Shown here piece after piece: positions 55,534-64,000 of a stretch of DNA of 64,000 nucleotides. The first letter of the stretch is position 1. Every line of letters begins with the position of its first letter. The notes beneath the pieces are model-generated. The model did no database searches and had not been told where the DNA came from. It saw only the letters and a list, made by a program, of their open reading frames with translations. The DNA is from Betaproteobacteria bacterium (GTDB taxonomy: Bacteria; Pseudomonadota; Gammaproteobacteria; Burkholderiales; SG8-41). The stretch covers positions 4,226 to 68,225 of the forward strand of contig JAKFUS010000011.1 of assembly GCA_021732605.1 (NCBI GenBank), written 5' to 3'. A program made the position numbers and the translations under genes.

Positions 55534-57363
55534 ATGAATCGTTATCCCCTCTGGAAATATCTTCTGATTGTTGCTGCCGTGGCAATCGGGCTGCTTTATA
55601 CCCTGCCTAATTTTTACGGCGAAGTGCCCGCGGTGCAGGTGTCGCCGCTGCGCAGCAACCTGAAGGCCGATGCCGCGCTGATGGCGCGTGTCGAAGCAAC
55701 CGTGAAAAAAGCTGAGCTGGCGGTCCAGGGCATCGCGCTGGATGCCACCAGTGTCAAGGTGCGGCTTTCCAGTACCGAAGACCAGCTGAAGGCCAAGGAT
55801 GCCCTGCAGGCTGCCCTGGGCGAGGACTATGTGGTGGCCCTGAACCTGCTGTCGCGCAGCCCACAGTGGCTGACGTCGATCGGCGCACTGCCGATGTATC
55901 TGGGCTTGGATCTGCGCGGCGGTGTGCATTTCCTGATGCAGGTCGACATGAAGGCGGCGCTGACCAAAAAGGTCGAGACCTATACCAACGACATTCGCGG
56001 CATGCTGCGTGAGCAGCGCATCCAGTACTCGGGCATCGCGCGCGAAGGCCAGGCCGTGGCTGTGCGATTCCGCGAAGCGGCGTTGCGCGACAAGGCGCTG
56101 GCGCGCATTACCAAGGACATGCCCGACCTCGAACTGAAGACGGCCGACGATGCCGGGGAATACCGGATCACCGGCACATTGAAGGTCGAGGCGCAGCGCC
56201 GCACCCAGGAATTTGCGCTGCAGCAGAACATCAACACCCTCCGCAACCGCATCAACGAACTGGGTGTCGCCGAGCCGATAATCCAGCAGCAGGGCGCCGA
56301 CCGCGTGGTCGTGCAATTGCCCGGCGTGCAGGATACCGCCAAGGCCAAGGACATCCTCGGCCGCACCGCGACGCTGGAAGTGCGCATGGTCGATGAGGAA
56401 CGCATGGATCCGGGCTCGCTCGAGCAGGCCAAGGCCGGCCAGCCCCCGTTCGGCACCGAACTTTATTACGAACGCAACGGCCAGGCAGTGCTGGTGAAAA
56501 AGCAGGTGGTGCTCACCGGCGAGCGCATCAACGACGCCCAGCCCGGCTTTGACGGGCAGACCGGCGAGCCGGCGGTGCATATCAATCTCGACGGCGCCGG
56601 GGCGCGGATATTCCAGCAGGTCACCCGCGAGAGCATCGGCAAACGCATGGCGATCCTGCTGTTCGAGCGCGGCAAGGGCGAGGTGGTCACCGCGCCGGTG
56701 ATCCGCAGCGAAATTGGCGGCGGCCGGGTGCAGATCAGCGGGCGTATGACGACACAGGAAGCCAATGACGTGTCGCTGCTGCTGCGCGCAGGCGCCTTGG
56801 CGGCACCGATGGATATCGTCGAGGAGCGCACGGTCGGGCCGTCGCTGGGGGCTGACAACATTAAGATCGGTTTCAATTCCACGCTGTACGGTTTTGCCGC
56901 GATCGCTGTGTTCATGATCGGTTATTACGCCATGGTCGGTTTCTTTTCCGTGGTGGCGCTGGCGGCCAACGTGCTGTTCCTGGTGGCACTGCTGTCGATG
57001 TTGCAGGCGACACTGACCTTGCCGGGCATGGCTGGCATCGCGCTGACCCTCGGCATGGCAATCGACGCCAACGTGCTGATCAACGAACGCATCCGCGAGG
57101 AATTGCGCAACGGCAATACCCCGCATGCAGCCATATTCGCAGGGTATGACCGCGCCTGGGGCACGATTCTGGATTCCAACGTCACCACGCTGATTGCGGG
57201 CTTTGCGCTGTTTGCCTTCGGCTCCGGCGCAGTCAAAGGGTTCGCCGTCGTGCTGTGCCTCGGCATCCTGACCTCGATTTTCAGTGCGGTGGTGGTATCA
57301 CGCGGCTTGATGAATCTCTATTACGGCGGTCAGCGCAAGCTGGATCGCATCAGTATCGGCTAA
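55534..57363 (+). CDS. secD: Protein translocase subunit SecD
   Basis: MNRYPLWKYLLI...LGLDLRGGVHF..., with 6 TM helices at the C-terminus. Confidence 0.9.
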   Translation: MNRYPLWKYLLIVAAVAIGLLYTLPNFYGEVPAVQVSPLRSNLKADAALMARVEATVKKAELAVQGIALDATSVKVRLSSTEDQLKAKDALQAALGEDYVVALNLLSRSPQWLTSIGALPMYLGLDLRGGVHFLMQVDMKAALTKKVETYTNDIRGMLREQRIQYSGIAREGQAVAVRFREAALRDKALARITKDMPDLELKTADDAGEYRITGTLKVEAQRRTQEFALQQNINTLRNRINELGVAEPIIQQQGADRVVVQLPGVQDTAKAKDILGRTATLEVRMVDEERMDPGSLEQAKAGQPPFGTELYYERNGQAVLVKKQVVLTGERINDAQPGFDGQTGEPAVHINLDGAGARIFQQVTRESIGKRMAILLFERGKGEVVTAPVIRSEIGGGRVQISGRMTTQEANDVSLLLRAGALAAPMDIVEERTVGPSLGADNIKIGFNSTLYGFAAIAVFMIGYYAMVGFFSVVALAANVLFLVALLSMLQATLTLPGMAGIALTLGMAIDANVLINERIREELRNGNTPHAAIFAGYDRAWGTILDSNVTTLIAGFALFAFGSGAVKGFAVVLCLGILTSIFSAVVVSRGLMNLYYGGQRKLDRISIG

Positions 57364-57378
57364 CCGGCGACCAAGACC

Positions 57379-58326
57379 ATGGAATTTTTCAGAATCAAGA
57401 AAGACATCCCGTTCATGCGCCATGCGCGCATGTTCAACATTATTTCGCTGGTCACTTTTTTGATCGCCGTCGGTTCGTTGGCGATCCAAGGCCTGAACTT
57501 CGGTGTCGACTTCACCGGCGGCACGGTGATGGAGGTTGCCTACAAGCAGCCGCCGCAACTCGATGACGTACGGGCCTCGGTGGCCAAGCTCGGCTTTGCC
57601 GAGGCTTCGGTGCAGAATTTCGGCACGGCCCGTGACGTGCTGATCCGTTTGCCTGTCAAGGAAGGCCTGACCAGCGCCAAACTCTCCGAACAGGTGCTGG
57701 CAGAGTTGCGCAAGCAGCAGGCGGATGTCGAAATACGCCGGGTCGAGTTCGTCGGGCCGCAGGTCGGCAAGGAGTTGTTCGAGAGCGGGGCGCTGGCGCT
57801 GCTGTTTGTATGTATCGGCATCGTCGCTTACCTCGCGATGCGCTTTGAGTGGAAATTCGGCCTCGCGGCGATCATCGCCAACCTGCATGACGTGATCATC
57901 ATCGTCGGCGTGTTCTCGATTTTTCGCTGGGAATTTTCGTTGCCGGTTCTGGCTGCGGTGCTGGCGATTCTCGGTTATTCAGTCAACGAGTCGGTGGTCG
58001 TGTTCGACCGGGTGCGCGAATGTTTCCGCAGCCGGCAATATCGCAATGCCTCGGTACCGGAGGTTCTGGATGCCGCGATCACCCAGACCATGTCGCGCAC
58101 CATTATTACTCACGGTTCGACGCAGATGATGGTGCTGGCGATGCTGTTGTTCGGCGGCGAAACGCTGTTTCATTTCGCGCTGGCACTGACCATCGGTATC
58201 TGTTTCGGCATTTACTCCTCGGTACTGGTGGCAAGTCCGATCGTGATGTACCTCGGCGTGTCGCGCAACGATCTGGTCAAGCCCGAAACCGTGGCCAAGC
58301 CCGGTGAGGACGGGGCTGTAGTCTAA
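57379..58326 (+). CDS. secF: Protein translocase subunit SecF
   Basis: [16 protein letters not shown]...[14 protein letters not shown]. Confidence 0.9.
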   Translation: MEFFRIKKDIPFMRHARMFNIISLVTFLIAVGSLAIQGLNFGVDFTGGTVMEVAYKQPPQLDDVRASVAKLGFAEASVQNFGTARDVLIRLPVKEGLTSAKLSEQVLAELRKQQADVEIRRVEFVGPQVGKELFESGALALLFVCIGIVAYLAMRFEWKFGLAAIIANLHDVIIIVGVFSIFRWEFSLPVLAAVLAILGYSVNESVVVFDRVRECFRSRQYRNASVPEVLDAAITQTMSRTIITHGSTQMMVLAMLLFGGETLFHFALALTIGICFGIYSSVLVASPIVMYLGVSRNDLVKPETVAKPGEDGAVV

Positions 58327-58330
58327 AACA

Positions 58331-58975
58331 GTGGAACTACTCGCGCCGCTGATAGACCTGATCGTCCACCTCGACGACCACCTGCAGGCGCTGGTGGTCA
58401 ATTACGGAGCCTGGGTCTATCTGATCCTGTTCCTGATTGTGTTCTGCGAGACCGGGCTGGTGGTGACGCCGTTCCTGCCCGGCGACTCGCTGCTGTTCGT
58501 CGCCGGGGCGATTGCTGCTGCCGGCGGCATGAACATCCACCTGCTGGTGCTGCTGCTGTTCATCGCTGCGGTGCTGGGTGATGCGGTCAATTACAGCGTC
58601 GGCCATTACCTCGGACCGCGGGTGTTCAAATCCAAAGAATCGCGCTGGTTGAATCCGCGCCACCTCGAACGCGCCCATGAGTTTTATGAACGCCACGGCG
58701 GCAAGACCATCATCATCGCCCGCTTCGTGCCCATCGTCCGCACCTACGCGCCGTTTGTCGCCGGAGCGGCGAGCATGCCTTACCCGCGGTTCGCGCTGTA
58801 TAACGTGACCGGCGCAGCACTTTGGGTGACGTCGCTGGGCTACGCGGGTTACTTTTTTGGCAACATCCCGATGATCAAAAACAACCTGACGCTGGTGATC
58901 CTCGCCATCATTTTCCTGTCGATCCTGCCCGGCGTTGTGGAATACCTGCGCCACCGCAGATCCCGCGACTCTTGA
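58331..58975 (+). CDS. DedA/VTT-domain family membrane protein
   Basis: [19 protein letters not shown] and [19 protein letters not shown] motifs. GTG start. Confidence 0.75.
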   Translation: MELLAPLIDLIVHLDDHLQALVVNYGAWVYLILFLIVFCETGLVVTPFLPGDSLLFVAGAIAAAGGMNIHLLVLLLFIAAVLGDAVNYSVGHYLGPRVFKSKESRWLNPRHLERAHEFYERHGGKTIIIARFVPIVRTYAPFVAGAASMPYPRFALYNVTGAALWVTSLGYAGYFFGNIPMIKNNLTLVILAIIFLSILPGVVEYLRHRRSRDS

Positions 58976-59010
58976 GCGTCTCACAATGAAGAGCAGTCTG
59001 TGTGCTCAAT

Positions 59011-59047
59011 CCCTCACCCCGACCCTCTCCCGGAGGGAGAGGGTGAG
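59011..59047. repeat. REP-like palindrome
   Basis: ccctcaccccgaccctctcccggagggagagggtgag. Confidence 0.8.
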
Positions 59048-59089
59048 AATGGCGCGAAATCGCTGATGCGATTTCGCGATTAGCCGGAA

Positions 59090-59623
59090 ATGAACCTCTA
59101 CCTGCGCCTGCTCTGGCTGCTGTGGCGATTGCGCAGCCTGCAGCGGCGCGGCCTGTTCGAGGAATCCCGCATCGCATTTTGCGTGTGGCCCACCGACTGC
59201 GACCTCAATCTGCACATGAACAACGGGCGTTACCTGACGTTCATGGATCTCGGCCGCGTACACCTGACCGCGCAATCGGGGTTGCTGCGCGAAGCGCTGC
59301 GCCGGCGCTGGATGCCGGTACTGGCTGCGGCGGAAATCACCTACATCCGTTCGCTGAAACCGTTTCAGCGCTTTGACCTGGTGACGCGCCTGCTGACCTG
59401 GGACGAGAAATACATATACCTGGAGCAGGCGTTCGACTGCGACGGCAAGTTGTGCGCGCAGGCTTATGTGAAGGGGGTGTTCCTGCACAAAGGCGCACGT
59501 GTGCCGAACGCGGAGGTGCTGCAGGCGATCGGTTACAGAGATGCGCCGCCGCCGATGTCAGAGGCCTTGCGGCAATGGGCTGCACTCACAGCTAGCAAGC
59601 GCGCAGAGAAAAATAACCAATAA
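59090..59623 (+). CDS. Hotdog-fold thioesterase family protein (4HBT-like)
   Basis: FCVWPTDCDLNLHMNNGRYLTFMDLGR pattern. 177 aa. Confidence 0.6.
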   Translation: MNLYLRLLWLLWRLRSLQRRGLFEESRIAFCVWPTDCDLNLHMNNGRYLTFMDLGRVHLTAQSGLLREALRRRWMPVLAAAEITYIRSLKPFQRFDLVTRLLTWDEKYIYLEQAFDCDGKLCAQAYVKGVFLHKGARVPNAEVLQAIGYRDAPPPMSEALRQWAALTASKRAEKNNQ

Positions 59624-59641
59624 AAACAAATACTTATGAAG
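59609..59641 (-). repeat. AT-rich intergenic motif copy (g)
   Basis: Reverse complement reads cttcataagtatttgtttttattggttattttt. Confidence 0.65.
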
Positions 59642-59664
59642 AATTTCCCGGCAGGGCCGCCGGG

Positions 59665-61092
<1,428 letters not shown>

Positions 61093-61137
61093 TTATCATG
61101 TAGCCTTCACCTCGCCGTCGGGTCCGATTCATCGTGT

Positions 61138-62094
61138 ATGCTTTCCGTCACCGATAACAAAAACGGCCGCACCACTGACGCGGCTGCAAACCCGATGCCG
61201 ACTCAGCGCACCCCGCGCGACTGGACGCTGTTACTGGCGCTGGTTGCGATGTGGGGTTCCTCCTTCATGTTCAATCGCATCGCGGTGGCCTCGCTGCCGC
61301 CGCTGAGCGTGGTCGCCGGGCGCGTCGGCGTGGCGGCGTTCGTGCTGATCAGCATTGTCTACCTGATGGGCAAACGCCTGCCGCCGCCGGGGAAGGCGTG
61401 GTGGCCGTATGCGGTGATTGCGATCATCGGCAATGCAGTGCCGTTTTATCTGATCACCTGGGGGCAGCAGGTGGTCGAGAGCGCACTGGCCGGCATCCTG
61501 ATGGCGATGATGCCGCTGGCGACGATTGCACTCGCGCATTTTCTGATCGCCGGCGAACACCTGACGCGGCAGCGCGCGACCGGTTTCGCGATCGGCTTCC
61601 TTGGCATCGTGCTGCTGATGGGGCCTGCTGCGCTGGCTGGAGTCGGGGGTGATGCGCTGCGCATCGTGTCGCAGTTCGCTGTCCTCGGCGGTGCGCTGTG
61701 TTACGCGCTGCAAAGCGTGCTGACACGGCTGATCATCAAGGGCGATGTCCTGGTGTCCGCGGCAACGACGCTGCTGATTGCCGCGGTCGTCGTGGTACCG
61801 GTGGCGTTGTGGCTGGACCAGCCGTGGACGCTGGCGCCGACGGGATCATCCCTTGCTGCGGTGGTCTGGCTGGGCGTCGGGCCGACGGCCATTGCCACCA
61901 TTCTGTATTTCATGCTGATCCGTTCCGCCGGCCCGTCCTTCATGTCACTGGTGAATTACCTCAGCCCCGGCGTCGCAGTACTGCTCGGCTTGCTGGTGCT
62001 GGGCGAGACGCCACAGGTCAGCGCCTATTTTGGTCTCGCGCTGATCTTCGCCGGCCTTGCGTACAGTCAGTCGCGTGCGGCGCGCGCACCCTGA
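61138..62094 (+). CDS. DMT-superfamily (EamA-like) transporter
   Basis: 10 TM helices in a two-EamA-repeat layout. The start is uncertain (61138 or 61195). Confidence 0.7.
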   Translation: MLSVTDNKNGRTTDAAANPMPTQRTPRDWTLLLALVAMWGSSFMFNRIAVASLPPLSVVAGRVGVAAFVLISIVYLMGKRLPPPGKAWWPYAVIAIIGNAVPFYLITWGQQVVESALAGILMAMMPLATIALAHFLIAGEHLTRQRATGFAIGFLGIVLLMGPAALAGVGGDALRIVSQFAVLGGALCYALQSVLTRLIIKGDVLVSAATTLLIAAVVVVPVALWLDQPWTLAPTGSSLAAVVWLGVGPTAIATILYFMLIRSAGPSFMSLVNYLSPGVAVLLGLLVLGETPQVSAYFGLALIFAGLAYSQSRAARAP

Positions 62095-62154
62095 CGTATC
62101 CGAGCCACGTACCCGAACCCATCCCTTGCAATTACCGGGCCGCCCCCCATATCG

Positions 62155-62190
62155 TTTATAAGCTATTGTTTTTATTGGGAAAGTATCAAA
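62155..62190 (+). repeat. AT-rich intergenic motif copy (h)
   Basis: tttataagctattgtttttattgggaaagtatc. Confidence 0.6.
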
Positions 62191-62245
62191 TAAGTTATTA
62201 AATTTCCCGATAAGAATCAATGACTTATCACGAAAGGAAGGCGTC

Positions 62246-62479
62246 ATGCGCATCGTCTACAACAGTGAGCAGTACTACGTCGCCGAGTATCCCGGCCAGG
62301 ATGGCCTGGAACTGGTGGACAAGCGCAGCTCGCGCGGCACTTATTTTCAAGGCGATGTCGCGAAAAACTTCGTCGAGGCGATGAATAACGCGGTTGGCGA
62401 AGATGCCTCCATCGAACGTATCGACGAGTTCCTCGACAGCTTCGCAGTGCTTCTCAATTCGCCGGTGGTCTACCACTGA
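62246..62479 (+). CDS. Small conserved protein (DUF3567-like)
   Basis: MRIVYNSEQYYVAEYPGQDGLELVDKRS... 77 aa. Confidence 0.5.
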   Translation: MRIVYNSEQYYVAEYPGQDGLELVDKRSSRGTYFQGDVAKNFVEAMNNAVGEDASIERIDEFLDSFAVLLNSPVVYH

Positions 62480-62505
62480 ACCTGCGGCGGTAGCGCAGGC
62501 GGGGG

Positions 62506-63246
62506 TTATTCCAGTCGCGACCAGCCCGGCTCGTCGCGATCAAGCAGGCGTTTCAGTGCAATGAAGTGCAGCCGTGCCTGCGTGTCGTCAGTCATCTGCG
62601 CCGCGGTGATGCGCGCAATGGCTTCCGGCACCAGCTTCAGCGGTTTGCCGGTGCCCATGCCCAGCACCTGCAGCATGCAGGCGCGTTCCAGGTAATAGAG
62701 GTCGTCAAAGGCAACGTCGACCGCCGGCCCGGTGACGATGATGCCGTGGTTGGCGAGGAACAGCACATCGGCGTTTTTCAGTCCGGCAACAATGCGCGCG
62801 CCTTCCGCGGCGTCCAGCGCCAGACCGTTGTAATTCTCGTCATACGCGGTACGGCCGTAAAATTTCAGTGCCACCTGGCTGGCGGGTTCAACGCGGCCGC
62901 CGTGCACCACCGTCAATGACGTGGCATAGGGCATATGCGTGTGCAGCACACACCGGGCATCGGGTTTGCTGCGGTGTGCAGCGCCGTGGATGAAAAATGC
63001 CGTCGGCTCCACTTCATGTTTGCCTGCGACCTTGCGTCCCTGCGCATCGACTGTGACCAGGTCAGCCGGTGTTACTTCCGACCAGTGCAGTCCCTGTGGA
63101 TTGATCAGGAAATGTCCCGTGCGGCCCGGCACTTCAGCGCTGAAGTGATTGCAGATGCCCTCACCCAGCCCCATTCGGGACGCGCTGCGCAGGGCACAGG
63201 CGAGGTCGATGCGCGCCTGCTGTTCAGGACTTGGAGGTTTTAACAT
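62506..63246 (-). CDS. Class II aldolase/adducin-domain protein
   Basis: VLHTHMPYATSL and FLANHGIIVTG motifs. Confidence 0.75.
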   Translation of the reverse strand: MLKPPSPEQQARIDLACALRSASRMGLGEGICNHFSAEVPGRTGHFLINPQGLHWSEVTPADLVTVDAQGRKVAGKHEVEPTAFFIHGAAHRSKPDARCVLHTHMPYATSLTVVHGGRVEPASQVALKFYGRTAYDENYNGLALDAAEGARIVAGLKNADVLFLANHGIIVTGPAVDVAFDDLYYLERACMLQVLGMGTGKPLKLVPEAIARITAAQMTDDTQARLHFIALKRLLDRDEPGWSRLE

Positions 63247-63249
63247 CGC

Positions 63250-64000
63250 TCAGTCGATGCTGATGTTGCCGGCCTTGGCGATCTTGGTCCACTTCGCGAT
63301 CTCGGCTTTGAGGAACGTTGAGAATTCCTCGGGCGTGTTGGCCGAGACCAGCGCACCACGTTTGATCATCTGCTCGCGCATCGCCGGCGCCTTCAACTCG
63401 TTGACCAGAATGGTGTTGAGCCTGCGAATGATGTCGGGAGGGGTGCCGGCTGGTGCACCGACGCCCTGCCACGAACCGCCGTCGAATCCTTTGACGCCGC
63501 CTTCCTCCACCGTTGGCAAATCAGGCATCGGCGGAAACCGCTGCAGCGTCGATATGGCAATCGCGCGCAGCCGGTTGGCCTCGACCTGCGGCAGCACGCT
63601 GATCGCGGTGTTGAACGCCAGCTGCACCTGACCGGAAATCTGGTCGACCACGGCCGGAGCCTGCCCCTTGTACGGGATGTGGACCATTTTTGCGCCCGTC
63701 ATGAATTTGAACATTTCCATCAGCATGTGCGGACTGCTGCCATTTCCGGTCGAAGCGTACGACAGTGAATCCGGGCGGGCTTTCGCGATGGCCAGCAGTT
63801 CCTTGACGTTTTTCACCGGCAGGGTGGGGTGCACGGTGAGCAGGCTGGGCAGACTGGCCATCAGCGTGACCGTCGCCAGATCCTTGACCGGGTCGTAGGA
63901 CATTTTTTTGTAGATCGCCGGTGAGACGCCCTGCGCCGCAGTGATCATGCACAGTGTGTAACCGTCGGCTAGTGCGCGCGCACAGAGTTCGGCTCCAATG
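63250..64000 (-). CDS. Bug/TctC-family tripartite tricarboxylate transporter substrate-binding protein, partial (N-terminus beyond the right edge)
   Basis: PYKGQAPAVVDQISGQVQLAF...FSTFLKAEIAKWTKIAKAGNI is a typical Bug C-terminus. The frame stays open to position 64000. Confidence 0.75.
   Translation of the reverse strand, partial: IGAELCARALADGYTLCMITAAQGVSPAIYKKMSYDPVKDLATVTLMASLPSLLTVHPTLPVKNVKELLAIAKARPDSLSYASTGNGSSPHMLMEMFKFMTGAKMVHIPYKGQAPAVVDQISGQVQLAFNTAISVLPQVEANRLRAIAISTLQRFPPMPDLPTVEEGGVKGFDGGSWQGVGAPAGTPPDIIRRLNTILVNELKAPAMREQMIKRGALVSANTPEEFSTFLKAEIAKWTKIAKAGNISID

Overview
This is a high-GC chromosomal window. Hand-counted 60-nt samples give about 58-63% GC in most genes. The gene content (Bug/TctC receptors, DUF3567, a purM-purN-DUF3108-DUF3108-rsmB string, tandem secD/secF) suggests a betaproteobacterium, but that is inference only.

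Most of the window is housekeeping:
- Nucleotide, cofactor and tRNA-modification genes: dut, coaBC, radC, purN, purM, folK, panB, panC, queA, tgt, purB.
- Translation, RNA and replication: rpmB, rpmG, rsmB, hda, pcnB.
- Secretion: yajC, secD, secF.
- One tRNA-Leu(CAA).

Three parts look accessory or unusual:
1. A small islet at 1.1-4.0 kb. It holds an orphan protein with four clustered cysteines and an R-x4-H (HEPN-like) motif, a ParE/RelE-type toxin-antitoxin pair, and a membrane/XRE/membrane triad.
2. A ~12.6 kb minus-strand cluster at 7992-20592 resembling aryl-polyene (APE) type-II-PKS/lipid clusters. Its genes are ACP, AMP-ligase, two hotdog dehydratases, a KS/CLF pair, a ketoreductase (KR), an LpxL-like acyltransferase, a LolA-like carrier, an MMPL exporter, a GT2 and a methyltransferase. 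It looks mosaic and partly decayed. The KS is frameshifted in a C7 homopolymer, a TctC gene fragment sits inside the cluster, one half is low-GC, and truncated gene remnants lie at both ends.
3. A translationally coupled signalling pair at 24.9-30.1 kb: a CheB-CheR-PAS fusion and a PAS hybrid histidine kinase. Each carries an in-frame hexanucleotide microsatellite, and a 5'-truncated Crp/Fnr gene lies just upstream.

Several repeat families recur: GC-rich REP-like palindromes, an AT-rich motif resembling an IHF site (8 copies), two inverted-repeat elements with 80-90 bp spacers, and a triplicated tRNA-Leu 3' end.

I found no CRISPR array, transposase, integrase or rRNA. All family assignments come from reading the translations by eye; no database search was run.
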